Shown: piece after piece, positions 41,448 through 52,121 of the stretch
Layout of the letters: every line of letters begins with the position of its first letter
Numbering within the stretch: the stretch's first letter is position 1
DNA from: Candidatus Moanibacter sp.
Lineage (GTDB): Bacteria; Verrucomicrobiota; Verrucomicrobiia; Opitutales; UBA2987
Reading direction: 5' to 3'
Length of the DNA stretch: 64,000 nt
Assembly: GCA_965215885.1 (NCBI GenBank)
Contig: CBDCEW010000105.1
Span: 1-64,000 of the forward strand
Position numbers and translations under genes: made by a program
The notes under the pieces: model-generated
Databases searched by the model: none
The model's input: the letters and a program-made list of their open reading frames with translations, nothing else
What the model was told of the DNA's origin: nothing

Positions 41448-43364
41448 GACCCCATTCGAAAAGCCTTTCGAGCGGGCGGTTTAAGGTTCTCCGCCACGGG
41501 CGGACCAGCCTATGGCTGGCAGGTTTCGGGTTTTAGGCTGCCGGCGCTGCCGATGAGCAGGTATTGAGCGGCCATCGGCGTGGCTTGCTGCACAATACGT
41601 ATATTTGCCGCTGTCTGGAGGCATACTCATCCCGTGGTGCTTTTTTCTCTGAGCTTCAAAGCGGTCAGATTCAGGCTGCCTGTTCCAGTTCCTCCCCTCG
41701 GCGTTTCTTCATCAGTATGATGCGGCAGAAGTTGTAGGCCAGAACCTTCTCGAGCAGTTCATCGCCTACCGCATCGATGCCGCGGCGGCCGAGTTCGCCA
41801 AAGGCAAATCCATCTTTAATCGTGAACATCAGCGACTCCACTGCGGAGCGATCGCGGCGTGCCTCGCGATACGCCTCGCTCTCCCAGTCCTCGGGGGTGG
41901 TCAACTTCTTGCCCTTCGCCCCACTGATACTGATCTGCTTTACCCCCATGCTCAGCACCTCCTTGCGTCCCTTCGCCGAAGCATATCCGTCATCGGTGCT
42001 GACCAGTTCAGCAATGACACCGGTGCGCTTGATCGAATCGCCGATGGCCGGCGCCAGCTCAATGGAGTCTGCCGCGTTGCCTTGCGGTACGATCAGGCTG
42101 GTGACAAAACCGTTTTCGCTGCGAACCAGTTGTGGCTTGTACCCGATCACTGGATTGCGGCTGCCCTTCTTGATGTAGGCCGCCGATCCGTCCGAGAGGC
42201 TCAGGACCTTCTGTGTGGACGGTAGCTTCTTTTCGTGAAACACCCGATCATGAGCATACTCAACAACCCGCTTGGCGTCGGCAATATCGCCCCTGATCTG
42301 GCTCAATGCCCGCTCCAGAAGCTCCCGGCGAGTGGGAGGCAGTGAATCCATCGACAGGCCCTCTTCAAGATGGCTCAGTTCCCCCGTTAGTGAGTCGGCC
42401 GCCTTGCGGCCCCGCTTGAGCAACCGCCGGTAGTGTTTCTTCAGCTTGCCCTTCGACTTCGGTTTGCCCGCGGCCAGACAAATCTGAAACTCCAGCTTGT
42501 CCATTTCCTCCAGCCAACGCCCAACCCATCCCTTGCGAAAATCCTCCAGCCCGAAGACATGCAACTTCTGACCCAAACGATTGGCCCGCATCAAAAGACC
42601 GCTCAGAATCTTCCCATCGGTGGGCCAGCAGCTGTTTGCTTTCACCGAGGTGCTGTCGATCGTCAGCTTCCCGAAATCGTCCCATTGCTCCTGGAGGATA
42701 AACCCAATCTGTTTATCAAAGATCAACTCGCGGGTCGTATGGCTGACCAGGTTCACGTTCTCCAGAATCGTCGTCACCGCCGGCATTCTCAGTCCCCCGC
42801 TCTGCAAAAATCCGTACAAGCTCATCGACTCGCGCACAAACCGCCGTGCCGGTTTCGTGGTCAACGAACCCAGAAACCCTCGAATCATCACGAACACGTA
42901 TACCGCATAAGCCGGCATCCGCGGCCGGCCTGCCCCAAGATTCAATTCAGCAGCCAGAATATTCTCCTCCTCGATGTCCAGCTCCGGCAGCTCCGCTGTG
43001 CGCCCTTCAAAGAACCTGCGATCTTCCAATCGAAGTTTCTTCTTCTCACGCGCATGGGCGTCCAGATCCTTCTCGATCGCCTCGATGATTTGCGCCGCGA
43101 ACCCGGCCAATTCTTCAACTTCATCCAGAAAATCACGGAAATCCGTGTCTGGAACCGGCAGAATGAGGTTGCTAAGGGGCGTCTTATCGCTTTTGTTCTC
43201 CTCTGTCGCACATGTTGGCATGTTTAACTCCTTTCTTAATCTTAGGTTGTTAAACACTAGCATGTTGCGACACTTTTTATCAAGCCAAAAAATGATTTTT
43301 CTCAAGTTTTTCTTGCGCCTTTTGCGCCTCTTTGCGGCCAATCAGTAGCTTTTCGGATAAGGTC
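41448..43364 (-). mobile_element. IS5/ISNCY-like element copy 4 (transposase 41671..43221)
   Basis: Same TIRs, inverted; 6-bp TSD tagcaa. Confidence 0.95.
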
Positions 43365-43650
43365 TAGCAAGAAAGTTAGTGGTGGAACGGCCCCTCCGGG
43401 GACGTTTGTTTCAACCAGGTAATGAGCAAAGGCAGATACGGAGCTATTGGCGAGAGAGTTAGATACCCTGTCCGCGGCAAGCCGGGACGGAGAGTGTTCA
43501 TTTCGAGTGTGTATGCGTAACTCTCGCAGCGTGAGCCCATCCCAAATTTCCGGACTATATTCATCACAGTGATTTTCCCGTTTTTCATCCGTATATCTTT
43601 ACGGGTATTGACTGCGCCATTTCGGATGTCATTTCATTAAGGACTTTCCC

Positions 43651-44934
43651 ATGCCCTACTTAGCACCCATTGAAGACGTGATTCCGACTCCGGGCCTTCC
43701 GAGAATCAGGGAAGTGCGTGCATACGTATCGCGAAGCAGTGACTACGGAGCCAGTGATGTCCACGACACGCCGGACACGCACTGGATCATGGGGCTTCCC
43801 GATGAGAGCGGCAAATGGGATCACAATTCGACCCACCCGCCGATCACCAACCCCATGTCCCGCTACCCCAAGTACTCGGGCTCCCGAAGCTCATGGGGCG
43901 TGGCTAGGGTGCCCACCGTCATTGTTGAAATTGAGGACGAAGAGGGGCTTGTGGGGATAGGTGCCAGCACCGGCGGGGAAGCGGCTGCTTTCGTCATCGA
44001 ACAGCATCTTTCCATGTTCGTGGAAGGTTGTAACGTTCGCGACCGGTCCATCATGTGGGAGCAGATGTGGCGGGCATCGATTCATTACGGCCGAAAGGGC
44101 CTCGCCGTTCATGCCATTTCGGCGGTGGACATCGCGATGTGGGACCTCTTCGGAAAGACTCTCAACGAACCGGTCTACAATCTCATTGGCGGCAGAACGA
44201 AGCAACGTGTCCCTGTCTATGCAACAACCTCCCGTCCTGATCTGGCCCGGGAGATGGGATTCCACGGCGCCAAGGTCCCGCTGCCCTACGGACCGAGCGC
44301 CGGCGCGGAAGGGATGAACGGAAACGTCGCCTTCATCCGGAACTGGCGGGAAAAGGTCGGTCCTGACTTTCCGCTGATGCTCGACTGTTATATGGCGCTC
44401 GATCTGCAGTATGCGGCTTTACTCGCCCAGCGGCTGGCGCCGTACAACCTCACCTGGATTGAAGAACCCCTCATGCCGGACGAATACGTCGCCCACGCTC
44501 GGCTGGCGAAGAGGCTTGAGGCCATGGGTTGCACCGCCTACTTTGCCACCGGCGAACACGAGTATACCCGCCACGGATTTCAACAGCTCATCGATGCCGG
44601 GGTAGGACTCCTCCAACCCGATGTGATGTGGATGGGCGGGCCCACCGAGTTCGCCAGGGTCGTGGCGCTGGCCAGCACCTGGGACGTGGCCGTGGTGCCG
44701 CACGGATGCGGCGTCTATGGCTACTACATGGCGATGGCCTTTGAACACATCCACCTGGCAGAGTTCATGATGATGAGTGAAAAGGCAGACGCAATTGAAC
44801 CGAATTTCGGCGCCATGTTTAAAAACGAGCCCTTGCCTGAGGCCGGGTACATCACCCTTCCGAATGCCCCGGGCTTTGGGCTGGAACTCGACCGTGACGC
44901 CTTGAATCTTGTTCGTCCGTATGAGCGTGGGTGA
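43651..44934 (+). CDS. L-rhamnonate dehydratase-like enolase (mandelate racemase subgroup)
   Basis: ITNPMSRYP, YGRKG, AISAVDIAMWD, MLDCYM, WIEEPL, GEHEYT, QPDV.W.GG, VPHG. Confidence 0.88.
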   Translation: MPYLAPIEDVIPTPGLPRIREVRAYVSRSSDYGASDVHDTPDTHWIMGLPDESGKWDHNSTHPPITNPMSRYPKYSGSRSSWGVARVPTVIVEIEDEEGLVGIGASTGGEAAAFVIEQHLSMFVEGCNVRDRSIMWEQMWRASIHYGRKGLAVHAISAVDIAMWDLFGKTLNEPVYNLIGGRTKQRVPVYATTSRPDLAREMGFHGAKVPLPYGPSAGAEGMNGNVAFIRNWREKVGPDFPLMLDCYMALDLQYAALLAQRLAPYNLTWIEEPLMPDEYVAHARLAKRLEAMGCTAYFATGEHEYTRHGFQQLIDAGVGLLQPDVMWMGGPTEFARVVALASTWDVAVVPHGCGVYGYYMAMAFEHIHLAEFMMMSEKADAIEPNFGAMFKNEPLPEAGYITLPNAPGFGLELDRDALNLVRPYERG

Positions 44935-45464
44935 ATCCGTGTTCTCGAACTCGGAATAATGTTGAGATTTCCAGGTTAGGCATGATCCGGTAGGTAATCC
45001 CGGTGGAAAGGGCGCTCGTTTGCCCGCGTTGCGCGACCCCGTTGATAGGCGTCTTATCGGTGTTATCCACAAAATATCGAATGTCGGCGAATGGAGCTAG
45101 GACCGAGTTTTGGCATGCTGAATCGAATGGGTTGCTACACTTAGTTCCTACACTTCGTCGGGAGCACTTAGTCTTTCCACTTAGTCCGAGCAAAGCCAAT
45201 CGACTATGTGGAGGGACGAAGTGTGATAGACTAAGAGTGGCGACTAAGGGTTCTGCTCGATCCTGGGGCAAGAGAAGCTCAACATCCTTCTTTGACCTGC
45301 CCACTTTGCCGGGAAGGTGGAGTAGAGAGCAATGAAAGAAGCGAGGCAAAAAATGAATAACCATTCCCTGGAGGCAATTCGGGCTGGCGCCCTCATGCCT
45401 CAGTGATACGTTCTTGAGATTCGGCTTGCAATAATTGTTGAATATCTTACTTTATTAGTAAGTA

Positions 45465-46640
45465 ATGCAACAATTAATCGAAAGAAGTGCCCTACTTGAA
45501 TCCATCCGGCTGCGACTAACGGAATCACCGGTAGTCGCGCTGCTCGGTGCACGGCAGGTGGGGAAGACGACGCTGGCAGAAAGGGTGGCAGCGGATTGGG
45601 TGGGGCCAGCTGTGATATTAGATCTGGAAAACACGGTCACCCGCGAAGCACTGAATGCGACACCTGAAAGACTCCTCAGCGAGCAGGAGGGGTTGGTCAT
45701 CGTGGACGAGGTGCAGCGGATGCCGGAACTGTTCCAGCTACTGCGCCCGCTGTGCGACGATAAAAAGCGGAAAGCAGTCTTTCTGTTGCTCGGCAGTGCG
45801 TCGTGGGACCTTGTAAAAGGGGTCTCAGAAACGCTGGCGGGCCGCGTGCAGTTCGTCGATGTAGCGGGATTTTCACTGGCCGAGACAGGAAGAGAGCGAC
45901 AAGACGAACTCTGGATGCGAGGAGGATTTCCCCGGGCGTTTCTGGCGGAATCTGAAGCCTCGTGGAAACGCTGGATGGATGGCTTTACGCGCACGTTTCT
46001 GGAGCGGGACATCCCAGGGCTGGGATCGCGGGTGTCGCCGGTAGCGCTGGGTCGTTTCTGGCGCATGCTTTCGCACTTTCACGGACAGACCTGGAACGCG
46101 GCCGAGCTGGCCCGATCGATGGATGTCAGTGTGACCGCGGTGAACCACTACCGCGATCTTCTGGCCGGCACCTTTATGGTACGCGTCTTGCCGCCATGGT
46201 TCGAGAACCTGGGCAAGCGCCTGGTGAAATCGCCGAGAATTTTTCTGCGGGACAGCGGGATTCTACACCATCTGCTGGGCATCGGCGATATGCTGGAGTT
46301 GCGGATGCACCCGCGTTACGGTGCGAGCTGGGAGGGGTTCGCCCTTGAACAGACCCTCATCTCCCACGGAGAACGGGACACATATTTCTACGGCACGCAG
46401 CGCGGTGCCGAGCTGGACCTCTTGCTCCTGCGAAACGGACGGCGGTGGGGAATCGAGTTCAAATGCACCGACGCGCCGAAAACGACGAAGTCGATGCACA
46501 TCGCAATCAAGGATCTCAACCTGGAACACCTCTGGGTTCTCTACCCCGGAACAGTCGCCTATTCATTGACCGACCGCATAACCGCGTTGCCGTTAAGGGA
46601 AATTGGAAATCTTGAATTTCGCGGAAAGAAGAGCATTTAA
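45465..46640 (+). CDS. AAA_14 ATPase with DUF4143 domain
   Basis: GARQVGKTT, VDEVQ, LGSAS, ETLAGR, GGFP, KSPRIFLRDSG, ELD...IEFK. Confidence 0.92.
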   Translation: MQQLIERSALLESIRLRLTESPVVALLGARQVGKTTLAERVAADWVGPAVILDLENTVTREALNATPERLLSEQEGLVIVDEVQRMPELFQLLRPLCDDKKRKAVFLLLGSASWDLVKGVSETLAGRVQFVDVAGFSLAETGRERQDELWMRGGFPRAFLAESEASWKRWMDGFTRTFLERDIPGLGSRVSPVALGRFWRMLSHFHGQTWNAAELARSMDVSVTAVNHYRDLLAGTFMVRVLPPWFENLGKRLVKSPRIFLRDSGILHHLLGIGDMLELRMHPRYGASWEGFALEQTLISHGERDTYFYGTQRGAELDLLLLRNGRRWGIEFKCTDAPKTTKSMHIAIKDLNLEHLWVLYPGTVAYSLTDRITALPLREIGNLEFRGKKSI

Positions 46641-46880
46641 GGACCGGGTCGACGGAATCAAACGAAGATGCGGAAAGGTTTGGGATTCAATTTCGAAGAG
46701 GAGGTCATTGGGCCCAAAGGATAGACTGTCAATGCCTGGCACGACCAACGAGTGTGCTCCCTTCACGGTTCGTAGCGACTCCAGTTGTTACCAATGGAGT
46801 CCGGGGTTGTTCCACCACTGCGCATTCTCTAATCGCCCATCGATCGTATCGGCGCGGAGAACGGGTGCAGCGGCGCCTTT

Positions 46881-48251
46881 TCAGATGTACCCGAACACGG
46901 GCGGAAAGACGATTACGACAATCGCGGCCCAAACGGCATAGACCGGCAAGTAATTCGTCTGCCACCGTTCGAGGTCCGTGAACGATCCGCGCCCTCTAAG
47001 AAGGCGGATGTAGAGCACGGCGGACCACGCCAGATTGAGCAGAAGAATCACGTTCTCACCCAGGGCGGCCACGCGGTTCGGGCTGAATCCAAACTCGGTG
47101 ATGCGCGCGGCAATGGCCCACAGCGCTACCGCGTCGGCCAATAGCGCACCGACCACCAGCACGACCTGCAACACATCGAAGGCTCCGGGGGACGACCGGG
47201 GGTCCCGGGCGGAGACGGAATAGAGCAGAAGGCCAAGGACCACCACCAGAAGCAGGTCGAAGGCGATGAGCACGTCTCGCTCGATGTCGACTCCGCGTCC
47301 GGTCCACAGCAGGGTCCCCAGAAACGTGACCAGCACGGCGGCGAAAAGGGGTGTGAAGAGGCGCGTCAAGACGGGCGCCATGTTCTCGATCACGCTTTGC
47401 TTGGCCTCCACCAGCCAGGAGGCGATCACGACGGCCCCGGCCGCTCCGCACGGCAGCAGCCACGACTCGAAGAAGGGCTCGACGTCGATGCCGATGGACT
47501 GGAAGATCATCGCCATGAAGCCGGTGAGAACGGCGCCACCGAGAGCGATCAGGACGTAGTAAATGAACAGCTCGCCCGAGAATCGAACGAAGTCCATGCG
47601 GCCCTCGACCTGGCTCCAGCGACCGCCGGCGTAGGCGATACCCACCGCCAGCCAGAGCGCGATTGGCAGGTGCAGTGCCGCCAGCACTTCGGTGTGACCG
47701 CCCGGCGTCAACGGGTAGGCGTTGGCGAGTACAGCCGCCGCGACCAACGCCACGGCCAGCCATCGAAGAGTGCCGGCGTTGAGCCGACGTTTCCACGCGA
47801 AATAAGCGGTCAGCAGGGGCAGGACAAAGAGACTCAGATTGCGGGCGTAGAAACCCCCGTCCGCGTCAAGATTAAATCCGAAGAGCGACGGCAACTTGAT
47901 TGCGAGCGCCGCCGCCGTCGCGAGACAGAATGCGACGATGGCGTCCGTTCGCGCCACGGCCTGCGGCTCCCCGGTATCGGACGGGGACACCACGAGTTGC
48001 TTCCAGAGGCGGTCCGAGTGCTCGCGCGCGAACTCCCGCGAGAGAGCGTCGAGGTCACCCATGCGCTTGACCGCTACCAGGAACGCCTCATCGGTGGCGA
48101 GCCCCGAGTCCTCCAGCACCGCGATCTGCTCGCGCAGGTGGTCCTCCAACTCCGCAACATCGACGGAGTAGATCGCCTGCCGCCGCCGGAGGTAGCTCCG
48201 CCATCGGTCGATCTGCTCCTCGAGCGATCCTGAATGATCCGTCGCCGGCAT
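46881..48251 (-). CDS. Permease-prefix-domain membrane protein
   Basis: ELEDHL...EAFLVAVKRMG N-terminus followed by many TM helices; downstream of PadR. Confidence 0.82.
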   Translation of the reverse strand: MPATDHSGSLEEQIDRWRSYLRRRQAIYSVDVAELEDHLREQIAVLEDSGLATDEAFLVAVKRMGDLDALSREFAREHSDRLWKQLVVSPSDTGEPQAVARTDAIVAFCLATAAALAIKLPSLFGFNLDADGGFYARNLSLFVLPLLTAYFAWKRRLNAGTLRWLAVALVAAAVLANAYPLTPGGHTEVLAALHLPIALWLAVGIAYAGGRWSQVEGRMDFVRFSGELFIYYVLIALGGAVLTGFMAMIFQSIGIDVEPFFESWLLPCGAAGAVVIASWLVEAKQSVIENMAPVLTRLFTPLFAAVLVTFLGTLLWTGRGVDIERDVLIAFDLLLVVVLGLLLYSVSARDPRSSPGAFDVLQVVLVVGALLADAVALWAIAARITEFGFSPNRVAALGENVILLLNLAWSAVLYIRLLRGRGSFTDLERWQTNYLPVYAVWAAIVVIVFPPVFGYI

Positions 48252-48254
48252 CGC

Positions 48255-48644
48255 TCACGCTCCCTGTGGCAGTGGCCCAGCCAACGCCGGTTGGCTGACG
48301 GGAACGGGAGGGGAGAGCGACCGCCAGATGCCCTGTAGCGTAGCGTCTACAGCTTGCCACTGCCTGCGTTCCTCGGCGAGCTGATCCCGGCCCCGGGACG
48401 TGATCTGGTAGTACTTGCGACGGCGGCCGCTCTCCGCAACTTCCCACCGCGCCTCGACATGGCCGAGCCGCTCGAGCCGATGCAGAACGGGGTAGAGCAT
48501 CCCGTCCGTCCACTCCATGCGCCCTCCGGACAGCTCCCGAACTCGCTTCAGAATGGCGTAGCCGTAGCTGTCCTCTTCGGCCAGGATCGCCAGGACGATC
48601 GGGGTCGAGGAAGCGGCTATCAGGTCCTTGTTGATCTCCATCAT
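48255..48644 (-). CDS. PadR-family transcriptional regulator
   Basis: SYGYAI, GMLYPVLHRLE, RRKYYQIT. Confidence 0.93.
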   Translation of the reverse strand: MMEINKDLIAASSTPIVLAILAEEDSYGYAILKRVRELSGGRMEWTDGMLYPVLHRLERLGHVEARWEVAESGRRRKYYQITSRGRDQLAEERRQWQAVDATLQGIWRSLSPPVPVSQPALAGPLPQGA

Positions 48645-48849
48645 CTCTCGCGTCGCACCGCGCTAACCCGAATCCAAGTATACATAGCAGCACTATACAT
48701 GATAGTATTATGTATATCAAGCACTGCGTGTTCAAGGAGTATGGCCGCGGGACATTCCTCGTGCCATTTGCCGTGAATGGTTGGGGTTGGCGGCGGCATC
48801 ACAATCAAGACGATGTAGAAATCGGCTTGCAGTTCCACCCCGACCACCT

Positions 48850-48987
48850 AATTTCCATACTTCCGCAACACACAACCTGTCCACGCTGTGCCTGGCCGAC
48901 TGGCTCGATCGCAGCGCCATGGTCATCTGCGATGTGCTCGATCCCGAATCCCATGGCCGACCGCTACTGCATCCAGCGAACCAATAG
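48850..48987 (+). pseudogene. Remnant of a glutamine-synthetase-family (GlnA4/PuuA-like) gene
   Basis: NFH...NLSTLCLADWLDRSAMVICDV resembles the GS N-domain motif; lies directly upstream of the PuuD-like gene. Confidence 0.45.
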
Positions 48988-49029
48988 CTTGTCATTGTCC
49001 ACTGAGTCCACTTTGCCCACCCGCAAAAA

Positions 49030-49734
49030 ATGCCCGCTGTCCCGATAATCGGAATCACAACCTACGGCCGCGATGCAACCGACAAGTACGTGCTCCCGGT
49101 GAAATACGTGGAGTCCGTTCGCCGCGCCGGTGGCGCGGCTTTTCTCATACCGCCGGGCGAGCCGCATTACGAGCGGCTGCTGGCGAAACTCGACGGCCTG
49201 ATCATCGCCGGCGGCGGCGACATCGATCCCAAGGTCTACGGCGGTAGCGACCATCCGGATATTTACATGGTCGACCCCGATCGCGACACCATGGAAATCG
49301 CCATGGCGAAGACGGTAGTCGAAAACGGCATGCCCACCCTCAGCATCTGCCGCGGCTCGCAGATCATAAACATCGCACTCGGAGGCACCCTGTTTCCCCA
49401 TGTGCCGGACGAATTCGGCGAGTCCGTCAAGCATCGCCTGCCGCCGCGCGAGCCGGTCCCGCACCCAATTGAAGCCCTCAAGGGCTCGAAAGTGGCCGAG
49501 GTCATGCATGCCACCGAAGTCGAACCCGCGTCGTGGCATCATCAGGCCATGCGGGAAGTGGCCCCGAAGCTTGAAATCGTCGCCTACGCACCGGACGGCG
49601 TCATCGAAGCACTCGAGCTGCCCGGCCATCCCTGGCTGCTCGCCGTGCAGTGGCATCCCGAAGAAACCGCGGCCGAAGACCCGACTCAGCAACGGCTGTT
49701 CGACGCACTCGTGGAGGCGGCGAAGGCGGCTTGA
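49030..49734 (+). CDS. Gamma-glutamyl-GABA hydrolase family (peptidase C26, PuuD-like)
   Basis: PIIGIT, GGGDIDP, ICRGSQ, HHQA, VQWHPE. Confidence 0.92.
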   Translation: MPAVPIIGITTYGRDATDKYVLPVKYVESVRRAGGAAFLIPPGEPHYERLLAKLDGLIIAGGGDIDPKVYGGSDHPDIYMVDPDRDTMEIAMAKTVVENGMPTLSICRGSQIINIALGGTLFPHVPDEFGESVKHRLPPREPVPHPIEALKGSKVAEVMHATEVEPASWHHQAMREVAPKLEIVAYAPDGVIEALELPGHPWLLAVQWHPEETAAEDPTQQRLFDALVEAAKAA

Positions 49735-49810
49735 GCGTCGGTGAATTACGATCAGCGACGTGCACCTGAACTGATCTGAGCAGTCCCATCTGAACACAAA
49801 AGGAGTAGCC

Positions 49811-50584
49811 ATGCGACTGGAAGCGAAAACCGCACTCATCACCGGCGCCGCTGCCGGTATCGGCCGCCAGACCGCGCTGCTGTTCGCCGCCGAAGGCGCA
49901 CAGGTCTTCTGTGTCGACCTGAATGACGACGGCGGACATGACACCGTCTCGATGATCCGGGATGCCGGCGGTCAGGCTGCCTACCATCACGCCGATGTTT
50001 CAAAACCCGACGACTGCCGCGCGATGGTCGACGCCGCCGCGTCCGAATTCGGAAAGCTGAATGCCCTGTTCAATAACGCCGGCATCATGGATGGTCGCGA
50101 CGATAACGCCGAAACAACCGATGAAGACGTGTGGGATCTCACGATGGCCGTCAATCTCAAGGGTGTCTTCCTGGGATGTAAGTACGGCATTCCTGCGCTG
50201 CGCCGGGCCGGCGGCGGATCGGTGATCAATACCGCGTCGTTCGTCGCCATCATGGGTGCGGCCACGCCGCAGATCGCGTACACCGCAAGCAAGGGCGGCG
50301 TACTCGCGATGACCCGCGAGCTCGCAATCGTGCATGCCCGCGAGAACATTCGCGTGAACGCCCTGTGCCCGGGGCCTCTGCGCACGGAGATGCTGATGAA
50401 TTATCTCGATACAGAGGAAAAAAGACAACGCCGCCTCGTCCACGTGCCGATCGGCCGATTCGGCGAAGCAAAGGAAATGGCACAGGCGGCGCTCTACCTC
50501 GCGTCCGACGAATCCAGCTACGTGACCGGTGCCGACTTCGTGGTCGACGGCGGCATTACGGCGGCGTATGTGACACCGGAGTAG
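49811..50584 (+). CDS. Short-chain dehydrogenase/reductase
   Basis: TGAAAGIG, NNAG, YTASK, VNALCPG; AGGAG RBS. Confidence 0.94.
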   Translation: MRLEAKTALITGAAAGIGRQTALLFAAEGAQVFCVDLNDDGGHDTVSMIRDAGGQAAYHHADVSKPDDCRAMVDAAASEFGKLNALFNNAGIMDGRDDNAETTDEDVWDLTMAVNLKGVFLGCKYGIPALRRAGGGSVINTASFVAIMGAATPQIAYTASKGGVLAMTRELAIVHARENIRVNALCPGPLRTEMLMNYLDTEEKRQRRLVHVPIGRFGEAKEMAQAALYLASDESSYVTGADFVVDGGITAAYVTPE

Positions 50585-50729
50585 ATCCAGTTTTTACTGA
50601 CTACGGCAATCAGACGATTCTCGATCTGTTTGAAGTCTCGTGGGCCGAGCTCACAGTGATGCCGTCACGGACATCCGTCGAACGTTTGAGTCCTGAGACG
50701 CCATTTATCGGGTTCTCAGAGACGATTGG

Positions 50730-51406
50730 TTATGAGGCGTCTTCCATTGTCGCCAGCCACGGGTGTTCTGGTTGAAGCCTTTCGACACCTTTTCTAAGCC
50801 AAGCGCGGCGAGTTGGCTCAAGACTCGGCCACGTCGTCACAAAGTCAGTTGTATTTTGCTCAAAGTCGTCGTACCTTTTTGCTTTGTAGAGGAGGACGAT
50901 TTCAGGCGCCAAGCATGGAATTCGAGAAGGCGAGTTGTAACCCATCTGCGACTCCGCATTTCAGGCGCCAAGCATGGAATTCGAGAAGGCAGTTGTAACC
51001 CATCTGCGACTCCGGCATTCACATTGAATGGTCTCTACGAAACCGAAATTCGCCATCGACGACCTCATTGAGCAGAATCTCAATTCTCACGGGATCATGA
51101 TCGCTCCGCTCTACCCAAATGCAGTGGTATGGTGGCTGAAGACACTGGCCCCGCTTCCATTCTACGAGCGTACCCATCCCGCCCATAGCGTAGCCGCCAT
51201 CCACAAAGATGCTGCTGGACGGTTAGTTGATCATCCCTCAGGACGGCAAAGTCTGCATCCTTGTGCCGTCTGGTGATGCGATTCAGGGAGAGATCGATTG
51301 CCCATCCGCCAGCTACGAACCACGGACAATCAAGACCACGAAGTACGGCTGTGGCCTTCCGCAACTCGTTAAACGACGTGCTCTCGCACTTCAGGGATTC
51401 GTCCAC
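50730..51406 (-). pseudogene. Nucleotidyltransferase (aminoglycoside/lincosamide NTase-like), frameshifted with an internal 59-bp duplication
   Basis: WFVAGGWAIDL...TRRHKDAD and IPCLAPEIVLLYKAK...HPW split over three ORF fragments. Confidence 0.75.
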
Positions 51407-51986
51407 GATTTTCTATTTCTCATAACATGCAATCGTAGACCAGTTCCTTTATCCGGAGTCGTTGCCGGTCCTGATATGTTGCAAGGGTTTCCGACTCAGG
51501 ACTTTAGTTCGTTTTAAACAGTGTTTTGCTTCCGGTAATATACGACCTGTCGCATATTCCCGGAATATTGGGAAAAAGCAACAGGAAAGGCTTACCATTT
51601 CGAGAACTTAGGTGGAAGATGAAGAGAATTTCAGAGTCGCATATCATTCACAGCACTACTCCGACCCCGGCAACCTGATGGCTTATGGAAAATTCCATCT
51701 GCGCCAGCCATCCGTTAGGAACCCCTTTAAGAGCGCTGCGTGGTGAAAGACGTCGAACGGGCGGTCCTGGAGCGCATTGACAAGACCGACCGGTGTTTGA
51801 TTGCGGGCGAACCGCTGTGGGGCGACTACAGCGTGGGAACGTACATCCGCCAGCTCAACGCCTTTTCCCAGCCCAGCAGCTTCGATATCTCCCATCCGGG
51901 CTGGTCGATTAATTGGTAAACGGGATATTCCGCCTTTTTCACAGAATATGCTTCTAATGAAAAAGTCGGAGTTTCGGAATCCTCGA

Positions 51987-52059
51987 CCACGTTCTTGCGA
52001 ACGCGGCTACAGACACTAACGACACACGAAATCTTGTAGCCACGTTCGCAAGAACGTGG
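51987..52059. repeat. Inverted REP-like pair (GTAG-type)
   Basis: ccacgttcttgcgaacgcggctaca ... tgtagccacgttcgcaagaacgtgg. Confidence 0.7.
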
Positions 52060-52088
52060 GGTTTTTCACCGGAATTAGAATTAGCGGA

Positions 52089-52121
52089 CTAACCCGAAAA
52101 TCCGTAAGATTTTCGGGTTAA
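52089..52121. repeat. 33-bp hairpin repeat overlapping the enolase stop codon
   Basis: ctaacccgaaaatc-cgtaa-gattttcgggttaa. Confidence 0.7.

Noticed and set aside
41100..43590. Gene interrupted by IS copy 4
   Set aside because: Joining the flanks gave no convincing protein in the frames I examined.
45063..45071. DnaA box TTATCCACA / replication origin
   Set aside because: Single box with no cluster or origin-linked genes.
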